DNA from: Fimbriosthenelais zetlandica
Taxonomy: Eukaryota
Direction of reading: 5' to 3'
NCBI GenBank assembly: GCA_977030845.1
Contig: OZ365118.1
Coordinates: 3,472,001-3,536,000 of the forward strand
DNA: 64,000 bases
The notes under the pieces are model-generated. The model had not been told where the DNA came from and did no database searches. It saw only the letters and a program-made list of their open reading frames with translations. The position numbers and the translations under genes are program-made. Shown here one piece after another: positions 41,101 through 54,102 of this stretch (its first letter is position 1; each line of letters opens with the position of its first letter).

Positions 41101-44100
41101 ACCTTCTGGAATTGCTAGTTTAGAGCCAGCAAAAGAGGATAAGAAAGTTACAAATGAAATATCAATCGTGAAAGGTAAAAAATGAAAATGCCTTTAGATA
41201 GTCAACATCCTATATGAATTAAATGACAGGAGGAGGTGTAATAACTTGGCCGGAGCGATTATTGTACTTTTTACAGGCAATCATCTATCAGAAGTTACCA
41301 ATGAATAAATACAGATATGATGATTGAAGAGTTAGCAGAATGAACAAATACATTGATTGAGCGTTATTTAAAATGGAGCTTCACTGCTCCATCAAGTGTC
41401 ACATCCATTCACTCACATTGATGGATGCATCAATATTGTGGCTTCGACACTAACTTAACAACCACCCAGCCATCTGGGTCCACCTCTGAGCTGCTCTGCC
41501 TGAGCTGCTCAAAGGATTTACAGGCCGAGCCAGACGGAGATCAGGTCCCAGCATAGAGCTATATGATAAATTCAAACCTAAGCTTCTATTCATAATGTAA
41601 AAATAGACCTATAGAATAGCCATATTTCACCTACACCACCTTCAAAATAGCTACCATGAGTAGCTCAACTTACCATGGATTTGGTAGAACTTGGCGAGTT
41701 ATTATATGAGAGATATGCCGTTAACTTGAAACATATAGTGCTACTTATGGTAATAGACTATTTCTCAATCATGTTCGATATATTGGGCAGTCCATACTAA
41801 TGCGACATTTCAGTGATGTATTTTCCTGAACCAGGATATAGGGTTGGGCGAGCAACAAGTAGAAAGAGAATGTGAAACCCCAGCTTCACCTGAATGCCCT
41901 TTTTCAGTCGTAAAGGGTTTCATCTTCAGAGAGAACCTCTGGCTAATAGAGCTTTGACATGTTTGTCAGCGTTGAGTCAGGGGGAGGTGGGAGAGGGCAC
42001 GACCCCGGACTCTAAGCTTGGATGTTTAGAGTTGAGACAGTAGGTGGTTCAGTGAGGGACTTAGACAGTCCGTGTGACATCCAGACACTGGTCATTAATG
42101 ATTAATGACTGCTATATGAACCAGCCCCCAGTGCCTATAGAGATCCCCACTCAATGTAACCAGTAAACTGTTAGAATCACCCGACTCCCAGGTCTTTAAT
42201 CCCTTAAATCATGAATCAGTATTCAGAGGTAAGGCGAGACAAACATCAAACCGATGCCGTAAGATATATTCCTGATTTTGATTTAATACATTCAAATCTG
42301 TAAAGATAAACTGATTAATTTTCAGATACACTTCCAGCAGGCGCCATTATTGAATTATTACCACTATTTCACCAGCTATCGTCCAACAGCAGCCATGTTG
42401 TCTTTGGGGATCAAACAAATCTGAGGGAAATTTTAAACGAGCAGAAAAGCTTTTCACTCGCGCAGGGAGATAGGTGGAGGATTTTTCTCCAGTGTTTCCA
42501 TTTGAGAATGAGCAAGTTTAATTAATAACTTGGCCTGGACTAGTAGAGGCATTCTTCCTGTGTGGATGCTGTGGTGTTTAAGCAAATACAAGCTTAGGAT
42601 GCGACCTTCGGTGGGTGGGGAGGCCTGGAGGGAAGTCATCTATGGTAAATGGGAAGTCCTGTAGCCATGTGTGGGGCTATCTGGGCGCTTATACCTACTG
42701 ATAAGACTACATGGGGTCAATTTATGAACCAATATCACTATCACTGATTCAATAAATGCCATCTTCTGCTCTTACTTTACTTCTACCGACTCCCGCCTAT
42801 GGGTGGCTTGCGTGTGTTTAAGGTTTTCCATAAGAGATTATTTCTCATTCCGATCCAAAATGTTTTCCACATATATCATGTTGAGTTAGGGATTTGATAA
42901 AGAATATTGCATGCTTCAAACTCTTTCATGTAAAATAAAAGTAACGGATGACACAGAAGGGTAAAATCTGGCCAACCGTCATGCGATTGAAAATTCATTC
43001 CAGTGAGATGGATCTTTCCCCTGACTTTATAAATTGAGAATCATAAATCGTGCTGGTATTTGTGTCTCTGTGAGTCAGTTAACCATTGGGAATATCCTGG
43101 CCCTATGAATCACAATGATCTATGGTACTGTAATTCTTATCTGCCAGAGTCTGGGAGTCAGGGCTGGTCGTAGAGGTATAGACTGACTATACTAAGCTCC
43201 CAGGGCTTTATCCGCTGCCCTATAGTAGTGAGGCTGCTTAGCATTAATATTTTGTCGCGACAGATTTATACCTTTGTACATGGGGGTAGATGGTTTTTTC
43301 ATGTCACAATAATATGATCCATATACAGTGAAGCTGTGCTGCCTCATGACGTGAAGTGCTTGCTCGGGACTTTACTGTAGGGCTATATCAATTGCCTTTT
43401 TTGGAGCGGCGTGGGTAAGAACCTTCAAAGATCAGGCATATGATCAATTGATTCTTTGTCAAGAGTGCAACAATTGATCATAGGCACTGTACGGTTTTTA
43501 TAGCACTAAAATAGGCCATATGCTTGTCTAGAGTTGAGGCAGAGCGTTTCGATTTAGAGGCCAGTTCTCTTTAACTTTACGATGGTCGCTATTTATGACA
43601 CTTAGACTGGAGCAGTTGACAGTACTGTCTTTAAAGCAGACTACAACTGAAACAGATTCTTATGAAACTGACCAAGTTATTGGAAAATGCAATCCTGGAA
43701 ATGTGAATGCCTGCCTTTACAACTAGCGAAATCTAAGAGAGATTGCTATGAATCTAACCAAGTTTTGGCAATATTTCCCCACTTTTTAAACACACAACTG
43801 GCAATAGAAGGTTGGTGTCTGTGGAGAGAGAGGAGGCAGGTTCTAGTGGCATGGAGAAGGCTCTATCAGACGTGAGATAATTATCTGCCAATCGCTGCCT
43901 CCACTATTAGATATGGATATGTGGCTGTGGCGGGGTAATCCGGACTCACTCACGTCAAAGACGAATGTTTGTCAGCAGAAAAACTAGCCACATCATCCTG
44001 GCTAGTCATGATAAGAGGGAATTGAGGCTAAAGTCTCAACTAAGACAAGGTCTACCTTCTGTATGTCTAACTTAAAGGACCAATTATATTACCACAATAT

Positions 44101-44109
44101 ATATGAAAT

Positions 44110-44296
44110 ATCAGCAAAAGTGTCTATGTAAAATATACATATAAAATGTCCTATACCACCAAAATGTCTTTGTTAAATAAACAAATGAAATGTACTGTAC
44201 CACCAAAATGTTTTTGTTAAATATACAAATGGAATGTTCAGAATCACCAAAGTATATATGTTAAATATACAAATAAAATGTAGAGTATTACCTAAA
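44110..44296. repeat. Degenerate AT-rich 44-bp minisatellite (4 copies + partial)
   Basis: Units start at 44110, 44154, 44198, 44242 and 44286. Consensus is about taccaccaaaatgt.t.tgttaaatatacaaat.aaatgt. Confidence 0.8.
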
Positions 44297-45164
44297 CTGT
44301 TATGTTTAGTTTGGTTGGTGAATTGGCCTATTAGATTGACACATACAACACTTTTCCTTTCTTGCTGCAAAGAGTGTATACATGGATTGAAAATACCAAC
44401 CAGGGAGATATCCATTTCAAAGTCAGGTCTCTAAGGGAGAACATAAATGTCCCAGCAACTAAAAAATGACACGAGAAAGTATCCTTAAGTGCTGGTCCAG
44501 CCAGCCTCAATAGAATTCCTTACACAGACCGGGAAGATAGATTTAACTTACCTAACTCTAGGGACATGGGTTGGGTAGGTCTTAAAATGGAACGGCACAA
44601 TAGCTTCAACACAAATTGAGTCAGGAAGATTTAGTTTTGTCCATTTATCAGCAATTCTCTGATCTTCCTTATGGTGCAGGTTTAATATATTTGAGGTTGG
44701 CACAGAAGCACTTGGGAATTTGAATTTATGGCTTTCGCATTGGAAATGGACCAACATATTGTGTAGCAAATATCAGTAGCCACAAATGGCTGGGAAGTGA
44801 ATTATCCCTTATAACGAATGCGGTATCTAACAAGAATAGTGATAAATCTAAAAGCATAACATATCGCTCCAAAAACAAATGGTAGAACTGACATCTAGCA
44901 ATGATACATGCATCTGGTGTGTTTTGAATGCCTTCAAAGCTACAATACATGTTCTAGCGTTTCCTCTCCCACTTTTTTCTTCTTCCTTTGGAAGAGAGTA
45001 TCATTAGCGATAACAAAACAAAGTACATAGTATAGGTCTGCCTTTGAAGTGCCGCCAAAAGACTGGGGTTCTGTTATAGCTGGACTTGAAGAGGAAAACA
45101 GCATCATATGACATGTCAAGCTATCTAACAATTAATGGCTTTTTGCTGTTATTTTTCCCTACAG

Positions 45165-45217
45165 CTTCTGTCTTCTGCCTATCATGAGGCCAGGACTGAC
45201 AGCATGAAAGAGAGCGG
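45165..45217 (+). other. Orphan 53-nt exon-like segment, parent transcript unknown
   Basis: Branch-point CTAAC (45125-45129), pyrimidine tract ttatttttccctacag ending at 45164 and donor GG|GTAAGT at 45218. One frame is open (LLSSAYHEARTDSMKES). Confidence 0.45.
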
Positions 45218-46283
45218 GTAAGTGAATCTTATCTCATGTGGTGGTGCACTCTCTCTCAACATCATATTACATCTCATCTTGCAGACATTTTTCCCCACAA
45301 ATTTCCCTTTGCAAAGATGTTAAAATTACATATAGATTAATATTTTACAGAACAGTATTGCATCAGTTTGTATATGGGCAACTCCATTAATTGCAGAGAA
45401 AATTAAGAGCAAATCCAGTTGCAGGAGAAAATGGTTAAAGAAAGTGAAAGATTGCTTTGCGCAGCACATCTTTTAGACTTTAAGAATGGAACTGGAGTCT
45501 GTAAAGTGGCTCTACCCCGGTTACCTAATGAACAAATATCACCCTGCCTTCTCACCCTTACCTCAATACACCACTTTTAGGATTGGCCATTTTTTTCAGG
45601 CCATCAGTAGGAAATCCGTCTAGGTGGGGAGGAAATCTTTTAAGGGGAACATGAGAGGGTTAAAATGATGTACATATCGTTTAGCCTTACTGCTTCCAAC
45701 TACCATCGCTCTTTGTGTGTCTTAAGACAGAGCACTGTTATCCATCTGCATCTATCGTGCCTCCGTCACCACCCAGCCTCCACCCCACCATCTCATGGTC
45801 GTTCTTTGTGCTCCCCTATCATGGGGGATGTGATAGATGTGCTAATAATTATTCTACTGATACTTTCTCCTCTCATTAAACAAACACATCTTGTCTGCGT
45901 CACACTGACATCCTATGTGGGAGAACAATGCTCATCCCATCCTCTGACAGATCTTCTAATTTCAGAATCACCTCGTGACTTTGACCAGTTCCAGCCAATA
46001 GGAACAACGTTTACAAAAGCTTTAGCCAATCACAAAGCTCTTACCGAAACATTCTGTCATATTGAGGCCCATAATTTTCATTCGCTATGGGAAAATCATT
46101 GTCTTTTCCTTCCTTCTTTTCATCATGTATGGGAAAATCATGATAATTAATGATTGATTTAACATTAATGTTAAGATGGTATGCCCCATGATGTAGGAAG
46201 AGTTAAGGAGCTTTTATGTGATAAAGTTTAATGGAGCGAGGACTGACTTCACCAGGTCTGAGATAAACTAGTGCAATTAGGCG

Positions 46284-46357
46284 GCCTTGATAACTCAGCA
46301 GGGGAGTGAAACCAACATGAGGGATGAGGGGTCGAGAGTTCAATCCCACTTCATGCC
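46284..46357 (+). pseudogene. Decayed tRNA-Met(CAT)-like sequence (tRNA pseudogene or SINE head)
   Basis: 74 nt starting GCCTTGATAACTCAGCAGG (A-box-like), intact D-stem ACTC/GAGT, CAT at the anticodon position and B-box-like GAGTTCAATCCC (46336-46347). TTTT follows at 46367. The anticodon, T and acceptor stems are mispaired, so it is not a functional tRNA. Confidence 0.45.
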
Positions 46358-46916
46358 AGCTAAGCTTTTCCTACTGACAAATGAGATTTAACATGTCAAT
46401 ATGAGATATACAAAATAATCCCCCATAATTAACGGTAAATAATTACTGAAAACATGTTTAGGACAAAATGTCGACGTGAGGTTCTGGCTGGAGGGAGCAT
46501 TGTACATCATGCAACACGCTCAGCTCGCATGATAAATGACTCCTCCAAAACTCAACTCAACTCAGCTCAACTTTACTATGGCATGTTTTACCTCCGACTT
46601 TACTCCATAGTTCAACTCAACCCCAGCAAAAAACAAACCAAATTACTACCAGAAAGTTAGTTGAGTCATCTCTGATCCTCAAAATCCTAAATTAAAATCA
46701 ATGATGAATGATTATAGGCCAAAATATACTTGGCAAGATGGCAACGGTCTGGAGCCAATCTGAGGAAAACGCTGAAGTGGTTTTTTTTCTAGGAAGCACT
46801 TTCCGTTTCCAGGCCATAGCAGGAAATTAGCTGATTGGTAGAATTAAAGGAAAGCCGGGGATTATCAGGGAGTAATTCCCCGCGTTCTCAGACCTCTCAC
46901 CTGCTCCGGCACCTCC

Positions 46917-46946
46917 CACCCTCCCACTCACCACCCTCCCACTCAC
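46917..46946. repeat. 15-bp direct repeat (2 copies)
   Basis: caccctcccactcac x2. Confidence 0.85.
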
Positions 46947-48521
46947 CAGACTTTACCTAGATCTAATGAACTGACGGCCTCGTAGACACATTCCCTTCAC
47001 ATACATATACTTTATAGACTTTAAGGTATTGCTCACTACAGTTAAACTCTCTCCAGTTGGTTTTCTACTGAAGGTAAGAATGATTAGGGGTAGGTGAGAG
47101 ATATTGGTTTAGTTGGCGGAGCAGTGAGGCATTCTCACAGAACCCCATCAAGTGTCATAAACATGCAAAATGAATAGTGTCTCTGAGAGAAGTTGACGGG
47201 CGTCGGGAGATGATTTATCTTTTTCAAATCACAAGCCCATCGCGACTACTTGAATCTCAGAGGGAAGGCAAACAAGCCCCAATTTGCATATAAAAGATAC
47301 TTTGCAATTCAAAGGCAAAATTGGTTTAATATTCAAATGTCTGCCATGAAAGGAATTTCCCCCGGGATGGTGAAGGCAGTGCGTGGAGGGAGGTAGATTG
47401 AGGCTGTATGTATAGCAGTCATGGTGAACACTCTATGCATATCAAAACATAGCCATCCTCCTCCCAGGCAACTCACATATTACAATTCATTGTCTTTTCC
47501 TTCATTCTTTTCATCATCCACCTTTCTCTCTATCTCTCCCCTCCAGCTACCCTTGTCTCAGTCCTTCACTATGCCAAATTACACTTTAAGAATCCACCTT
47601 TAGAAAGTCTGGGAAGTGTGAACGTAGTGAGAGAAACATCTAAGTTTGTCATGATTAATTATAGCCTGGAGTGAGCATATTTTCACACATTCTCATTGAG
47701 AAGTTTAGGAAGGCCCTGTCTAGGCTCTAGGCATTGGTAGCTCCTAACTAACAGTACAATTGACACTGGCTAAATCTAGAGATGAAAAGCGAGACGTCAA
47801 TGTCTCCGCACTTTACGGCCCCTATTGGAAACCAGTGCTTGGCTTGGACTTGTCGAGATTCGGTCTTGCGCCACCCAAGCGCACAGTTGCCCTCTCACTA
47901 TATACAAAGATCCATATAAGTGTATTCCTTTTCCAGAAAGGAGAGAAGCATAAGAACATGGGTGGCCTGAGAGATGTGGGAGTGATGTACACGGCAGTTC
48001 CCTCAAGCCGATGCCATTTCCAGGGAGCTCTCTTTACCGTAGAGAAGTAAATCAGAGAGCAATTTTAGCAATTGGCCTTGGTGTACCTCTGGTATCAGAA
48101 TGGGGAGTATTTCCTACCAGGAGTGGTGGTACACTTGGCTCGTGTACTTGATGGCCGTCTGCTAGCCTGGCTCAAAGTTGGCCTGTCTCAGAGTCTCTCC
48201 ATATATCTTCAACTGTCAGTCTATCTGCCCATCTGTCTACCATCCTTCTCTCTATTCCACCCAAACTAGTTAATCTACTAAGGCAGCAAACTATAGGGCT
48301 TCACCTCTTTTATCAACTGAAGGACTTATTTTATCCGCATATAATATGAGTGGAATGACCATATAATAGGGCTTACAACAGGAAAATGACCTAAAAAGTA
48401 GAGGGAAATGGAGAGGTTAGAACGAAGTGGGAGGGAAGATAGAGAGATGACTAGATGATATGAGTTATTGACCATGTGTCTGGTCAAGATAGCCACCATA
48501 TTGAGGGTTATAAGAGGGTTA

Positions 48522-48709
48522 GGTTTTTTAATGTGTTTTTTAATTCAGTTATCTCATGACGGTGCCAACATTTGACAGTCAGCCCTAAGCTCTGCCTCAC
48601 AAAAAAGCGACTAGTACCAGTTTTCTTTCGTTTGAGCCGGCCGAGGTTCGAACCAGTGACCTTCTACACACTGGGCAGACATTCTAACCACTACACCACC
48701 GTGGTGGTC
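48522..48709 (-). mobile_element. tRNA-derived SINE, resembling Meta-SINE-type elements of molluscs and other invertebrates
   Basis: On the - strand: head GACCACCACGG, A box TGGTGTAGTGG (48698-48688), B box GGTTCGAACC (48654-48645), body ggctcaaacgaaagaaaactggtactagtcgctt and an A-rich tail ttaaaaaacacattaaaaaac. No clear TSD. Superfamily assignment is from memory. Confidence 0.8.
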
Positions 48710-50059
48710 TGGGGAAGTACATGATAGCTGAGGTCCACATGTAGTCGCCCACTCTATACTTATTTAACTAATCACTCGGCTTATCAATCTAAATTGTCTC
48801 ATCACCCGCCAACAGGCTAGCAATATTGGAATCGATTTGGGTATCTAATTTGATTGTAATGAGCCCTGATTAATTTAGTTGGTCGGAGAATCCATGCCTT
48901 GAGGCTAATCCCCGGGTGAGATGGGAGGAAAAAAAGATGTTAAAACCTCCCACGGCTCTGCGGGCTTTTTATGTGTGGGTTGGGTGAAAACAACACTGAA
49001 AGCATCCGATTGATTCCTGTGATCATTTTATGGCCATAACCCTGAATATTATCGTTATTTTGTTAAAATATGGGGCATTAAAATGCACAACAGATATATA
49101 ATCTCTACTAGAGACACTGATTGTGAATCTCCTAGTTTGTGTGAACGAGGTCTATTCTCTGTCTAGAGGGATTTGATCTATTCATGTCGTTGGTACCATT
49201 TTCAAAGAGAATGAAGAATGTATTGAGATGGTTAAGATGGTGTATAATGAGGAGAGAATGAGATGTCTTTATATTAGCATGTTAATCCACTGATGTAAGG
49301 CAGCGGCAGATGGCTCCAGCTTTCAGCTCATCACAATGAAGAAACCGCCCACAAAAAAAACACTAAACACATGCCAGGAAACAATTGTGTTATTAGAATA
49401 TTCCCCCCGTCTCCAAGAGGGCAATCGCGTACATCATTCATTATCATTTTTTTTATGTTTCGTTCCGTTAAACCTCTTACTAATCCCCTTTTCCTTTGAT
49501 CCTATTCACGCCATGAAAAGACGGATTCATTATCTCTAATGAAAGTTGCTGTGACTATGAGAATATACTTGTACATGTCATGGGAATCAAGTTAACAGTA
49601 TAGTCCAGAGGTTTCTTAAACTTGATATTTGACAAAAAGTCTATTTGAGATTTAAATCATAATCACACAGTAGGATGAAATATCAGTATATGGCGGGGTC
49701 ATTGAACTATTTGTAAATCACAATGGAAGCCTCTTAAACGCTTAGGAAGGAAGTAATTTCATACATTGCCTGTATGGAGGGATTGAAATCCTTCTCGTTC
49801 TATGTTTTACGTGCAGTATACTGATAATGGGAATGAGTGAAGACTGTGTCAATCTTCACCGCCAGGAGCAGTCTATTATAATATATATCATCATGTGTGA
49901 TCCATGACTGCAGGTCCATCTCAGACCTCTTACACCAGCTTAGATGTAGGATTACCAATTACTGAAACAAATTATCATCCCTCCTCCAGGGATGTCATCA
50001 TCTCCCCCCTCTGACAAGGTCAACCCTAGAGGGGGAGGGGGAGTAAGAGGGAAAGTGGA

Positions 50060-50090
50060 GGGGAGGGGGGAGGGGGGAGGGGGGAGGGGG
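50060..50090 (+). repeat. (G4-6 A)n tract, potential G-quadruplex/triplex
   Basis: Five G-runs separated by single A. Similar multi-run G tracts occur at 26816-26838, 39734-39764 and 60812-60841. Confidence 0.7.
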
Positions 50091-53000
50091 CAGCCATCGA
50101 GCCAGAAGAACGATTGCCCGCCTTCCATGTCCACTGCCGTCTTCTGTAAATAAGCCTCAGACTCGCGCCATAAATCAAGGAGATATTTTTCTTTCTGTGT
50201 TCATTCCTGGAGGAGGTCTCCCTCTCATCCCGGCTTCCCTGAAGATCAAGCGGGTGAGGGCGCTTCCAGTGCAAGCGGATGTTGAGGGCGACATATAGAG
50301 AGACGGCAATGAATATATATACAAGCGTCTCATTGCCTCTCCCTGCCCACTTCCGGTAGGTGATAGAGAGACAAGGGTAGCAACAGGTAAAACGAGGGAG
50401 AGGGGAATAAGTACAGTGGACAAGATGGATGGAGAAAAAAGAAGACAATGATGGTGGAGGAATTGTCCCACCGATACAGGAGTTACCTGTTATTTCATAT
50501 CATATTGTCATCTCCATGGCAATTTCCATGCCATCACGGTTCCAAAACACTGTTAAATTAATACCAAAGATAAATAGACATGGGAAGAGAATTAACTAAC
50601 TATTCCCTTAATCTATCAGAGAGATTGCAGTAATTAGCAATAATGTAAGCTACAGTAGTTAGCATTAATGTAAGGTATAATAAGTGAGGTCTGCACGTAG
50701 AGACCATTCACCAGCCTATATCAATGTCAGTGTTTTTAATATAGGAATAGAAGGATCATGGCACGTCCCTGACAGGTCCCAGTGGAGCGATGCCATCTGA
50801 TAATATCATAATTCCCATTCTATCTCCCAGCTCTCACCCATCTAGACGACAGGCCCAGGCTGAAGATTCTGACAAGAAAATTGCTCTGATAAAAGCCTCC
50901 CTATCAGCACTGATGCCTGCAGATTGCCTTCTACTTATTTTCAGTGGGCAAGGAGGGGAGAGCTGCTTTTTGCTGTCACTCTGACTTGACTCAGGGAAAC
51001 CCTCTTTACTGCCTGCTTTACCTCGGCTTTCTGCACCCTTACAATATAGTATAGTGTATGATATGTAGGTGTATCTGTCAAGCCAGGTTAGGTTCTCCCA
51101 TGGGAATGCTTCATGTCACTATTGTAATCCATTACCTCTCCCCGTCTCTTAATGCCCTCACATGTTCCATTGCCTTCTCCATCTACCATCAAAATCTGAC
51201 CTAAAACCTACATTTTTCAGTTGAGTATGTACTTTTAATACTCAAGATAATGATTTTTTATCACTATATTAAACTGGGTTCAGGAGCCGGGCGAGCAATT
51301 GGCTGACTTTTCTCATCTTCAGAGAGCCAAGGCCGCGCCAATTGCCAGCAATTGCAGGGCATTGTACGGTAGTTTGGCGCGCTCCGTGCCCTAATTGCGC
51401 GGCAGACTCTAATTAAAGTGATAGCCTGAGGACTAAAGGCAGGAGCCCTCCTCCGGACACACTTTCATCTCACTGACTCCAGGCAAGCCCTGGAGTAGTC
51501 TCTCACCATACTCCCCACCCAGCTCACAGGAGGACGCCCAGGACGAAAGGCATCCTCTCCTTCCGTTTCCTTGTCCTCCGTGGAGGTTCCACTTTTACCT
51601 GAGACGTCAGTTGCATTATAGATGGGCCTGGAAGGTGGCAACAGGTCCGGTCACCTTCATACTTTACAAGATGTAAGCAAACGCCTGCCGTAAAGCAGAT
51701 TTATGGGAGGATGCATGCATGCGACTTTTGTCAGGGGCATACGTGAAGAGGCAATGTGTGCTTTGAAAGGCTTAGGCTTATAGGCCAAGGCCCGGAGGTA
51801 CAAGCTCGCAAGGCCTCGCCTTCTCCATTGAAGTATGTCCCAGAGGCGAACCAGATCGAACTAGACCCAAGTGAAAGGATCGATAAAATGCGAGTTAATA
51901 CCCACTTCCGGTCTGCTCACCTCGACTCACCACCAGCTCGTGTTGGAGATGGGAGTAATACACATTATTAGTGATGAGGGTAGCGGTATGGATGTATGTA
52001 TAGCTGGCTGACTGCTGGAACGAGCCTTTGTTTACAGGGCCCCCAAGGCTCGACAATCAATGGTTGGCTGGGATCTTAGAAGTGAGCTGAGGAGCTGACA
52101 CCAGGCCAGCCTGCAGGCCTCGGTCTGCTTTATATATATCACAGGTGTCTGCCGCGCTAACAGCCATGTCAGATCATGTGCTGCTTTTCTCACAAATCTA
52201 TCACTGACATTGTGACCATCCAACATCATAGTTCAGACCTGACTTACTTGAGTTAAATCAAGAGGGAAACATAAAAAACATACGTTTTAGTTGTATTGCT
52301 ACATAGAAATAGATATGACAAACATATCATTGCTATAAGATGCTTCAAAGTATATTTATGTATTTCTGAAGATTCTTTTTTCAACTAAAGGACGACCTAT
52401 AAATTATGTTGGGAGTATGTTAAATTAAATATTCATATCTTCAAATGTAAAAATGTTTGTAGATAAACAGTGTATTTCATAATGACATAATCTCATGGTT
52501 AAGTCATAGATTGTGGGGAAACAGGTGGATGTTTTTCTCTAGGCTGTTGCACGGAGCTTGCCTACTTACTATTAATCTGAGCTGTCATCTTACCTTAGCT
52601 GCTCAAGTGTCTGCTTGCCAATTCATAAGTTGACTGATATATTCTGTCACGGACATTTAGTGGTAGGATCAATCAGATGGCAGTAATATAGAGTCTCCAG
52701 CATTCTGAAGGCTCTCACAAAAACTGTATATAAATATATAGGCATACCTGGATACGACTGCGCGACATTTAATGAAATGTCTCCCAGACTTATTGACTTC
52801 TCTTCTTGGGAGAAGTATATTTTTTAACCTCATATTCAGAGAGCCCACCTCCATGCATCATATTGCCCTTGCTTCTGTGGAGAATTATATCATTTCTTTC
52901 ATCTGTCTCCTTCCTTCCCACCAGCAATATTTCTTCCTTTCTGTCTCGGCAGAATTCCATTTTTCTGCCGTTCGGAATCCCCCTCGAGTTGATGCTTAAT

Positions 53001-53648
53001 TTGTCTTCCAATTTATTTAAAACAGTTCAGTTAAAATTCAAACATGTTAAAAGGCTGACTGAGTTTAGAATTTAGGATGAGGGACGATGCTGGGGGCATG
53101 TTGGGAGTTAACTGATGTATATCTATAAGACCTCTATCCATCCTCCCTGGATGTTATTCAAGGAAAATGAAGACTTTTGTGTATGTTAGTTTTGTGAGAT
53201 TATACATCAACGTCAGCTTCTTTAGGGAGCTAGTATTGGGATCATTTATCAATTTCACCAACCATACAATTACTATTGATGGGGAGGCAGGCAGGCGCAT
53301 TATTGGGGATTATCGTTCTTAACCTGGCTGATTTAGAAGTGCAACCCCCCAGCCTCTACCATTAATCTTATACCTCTACCTCTCACTCCCTGCTCCCACA
53401 TAGCACCATATTCATATTCCATACACAAACCTAATTTGTGCCTTATCTGGCCTTTTAATACTGTCAATTTGTCGTGGGTTATTAACATTATCGAGTCCTT
53501 GTATAAATTCAATAAGAGAGGACGTGGATCATCTGGTCTTGAAGCAGGGAGCAGATTAGATTCTCGGCTCACGGCTGGCCCGGGTCAAACATTGCCCTGC
53601 CATTATTCACACTGGCGGTGTCTACCTCTAAGTGAGGTGAATATGAAA

Positions 53649-53661
53649 TGCCATCTAGCGG
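53649..53661 (-). promoter_or_regulatory. CTCF-consensus motif, reverse orientation
   Basis: TGCCATCTAGCGG reverse-complements to CCGCTAGATGGCA, a full match to the CCRSYAGRKGGCR core, inside a GC-rich island. Motif match only. Confidence 0.35.
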
Positions 53662-54102
53662 GGCCACCACTGACCACCGGGCCTCCTGTGGCCGGCCCAT
53701 GACACATTGGGCTCAAGGATCACTTGATCTTTGCACGCCGACACCAATGTGCCATCCTTCACTCCGTTCTGGCCACATGGATAGCGGCGTGTGGGGGTTG
53801 GGGCTTGGCTACGGGCCAGATGGGGGACCGCCTTTATTTTTTAAGACCAGTGATCTCCTTTGGGTGTTTGATTTTTTGCTGGTATATGGTTGACTAAGTT
53901 CTGGCCGCAGGTACACCCTTGTCTCTATTGGCTCGGTCCGCGCTAACTCTAGCTTACAGGAGGTTTCTCCAGGGGCAGACTATGGCATGAGATCAATCGG
54001 TCCGTGAGCCTCATAGAGAGAGACTTTACCATTGAAGCAAACACTATAGCAGCACAAGAGGTGCATATTCTATCTGGCAGCGCAGCAACAGGCCGATAGA
54101 GG

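Noticed and set aside
45665-46150. 161-aa ORF with a hydrophobic stretch
   Set aside because: No recognisable domain and no convincing exon boundaries. The length is attainable by chance across 64 kb in six frames.
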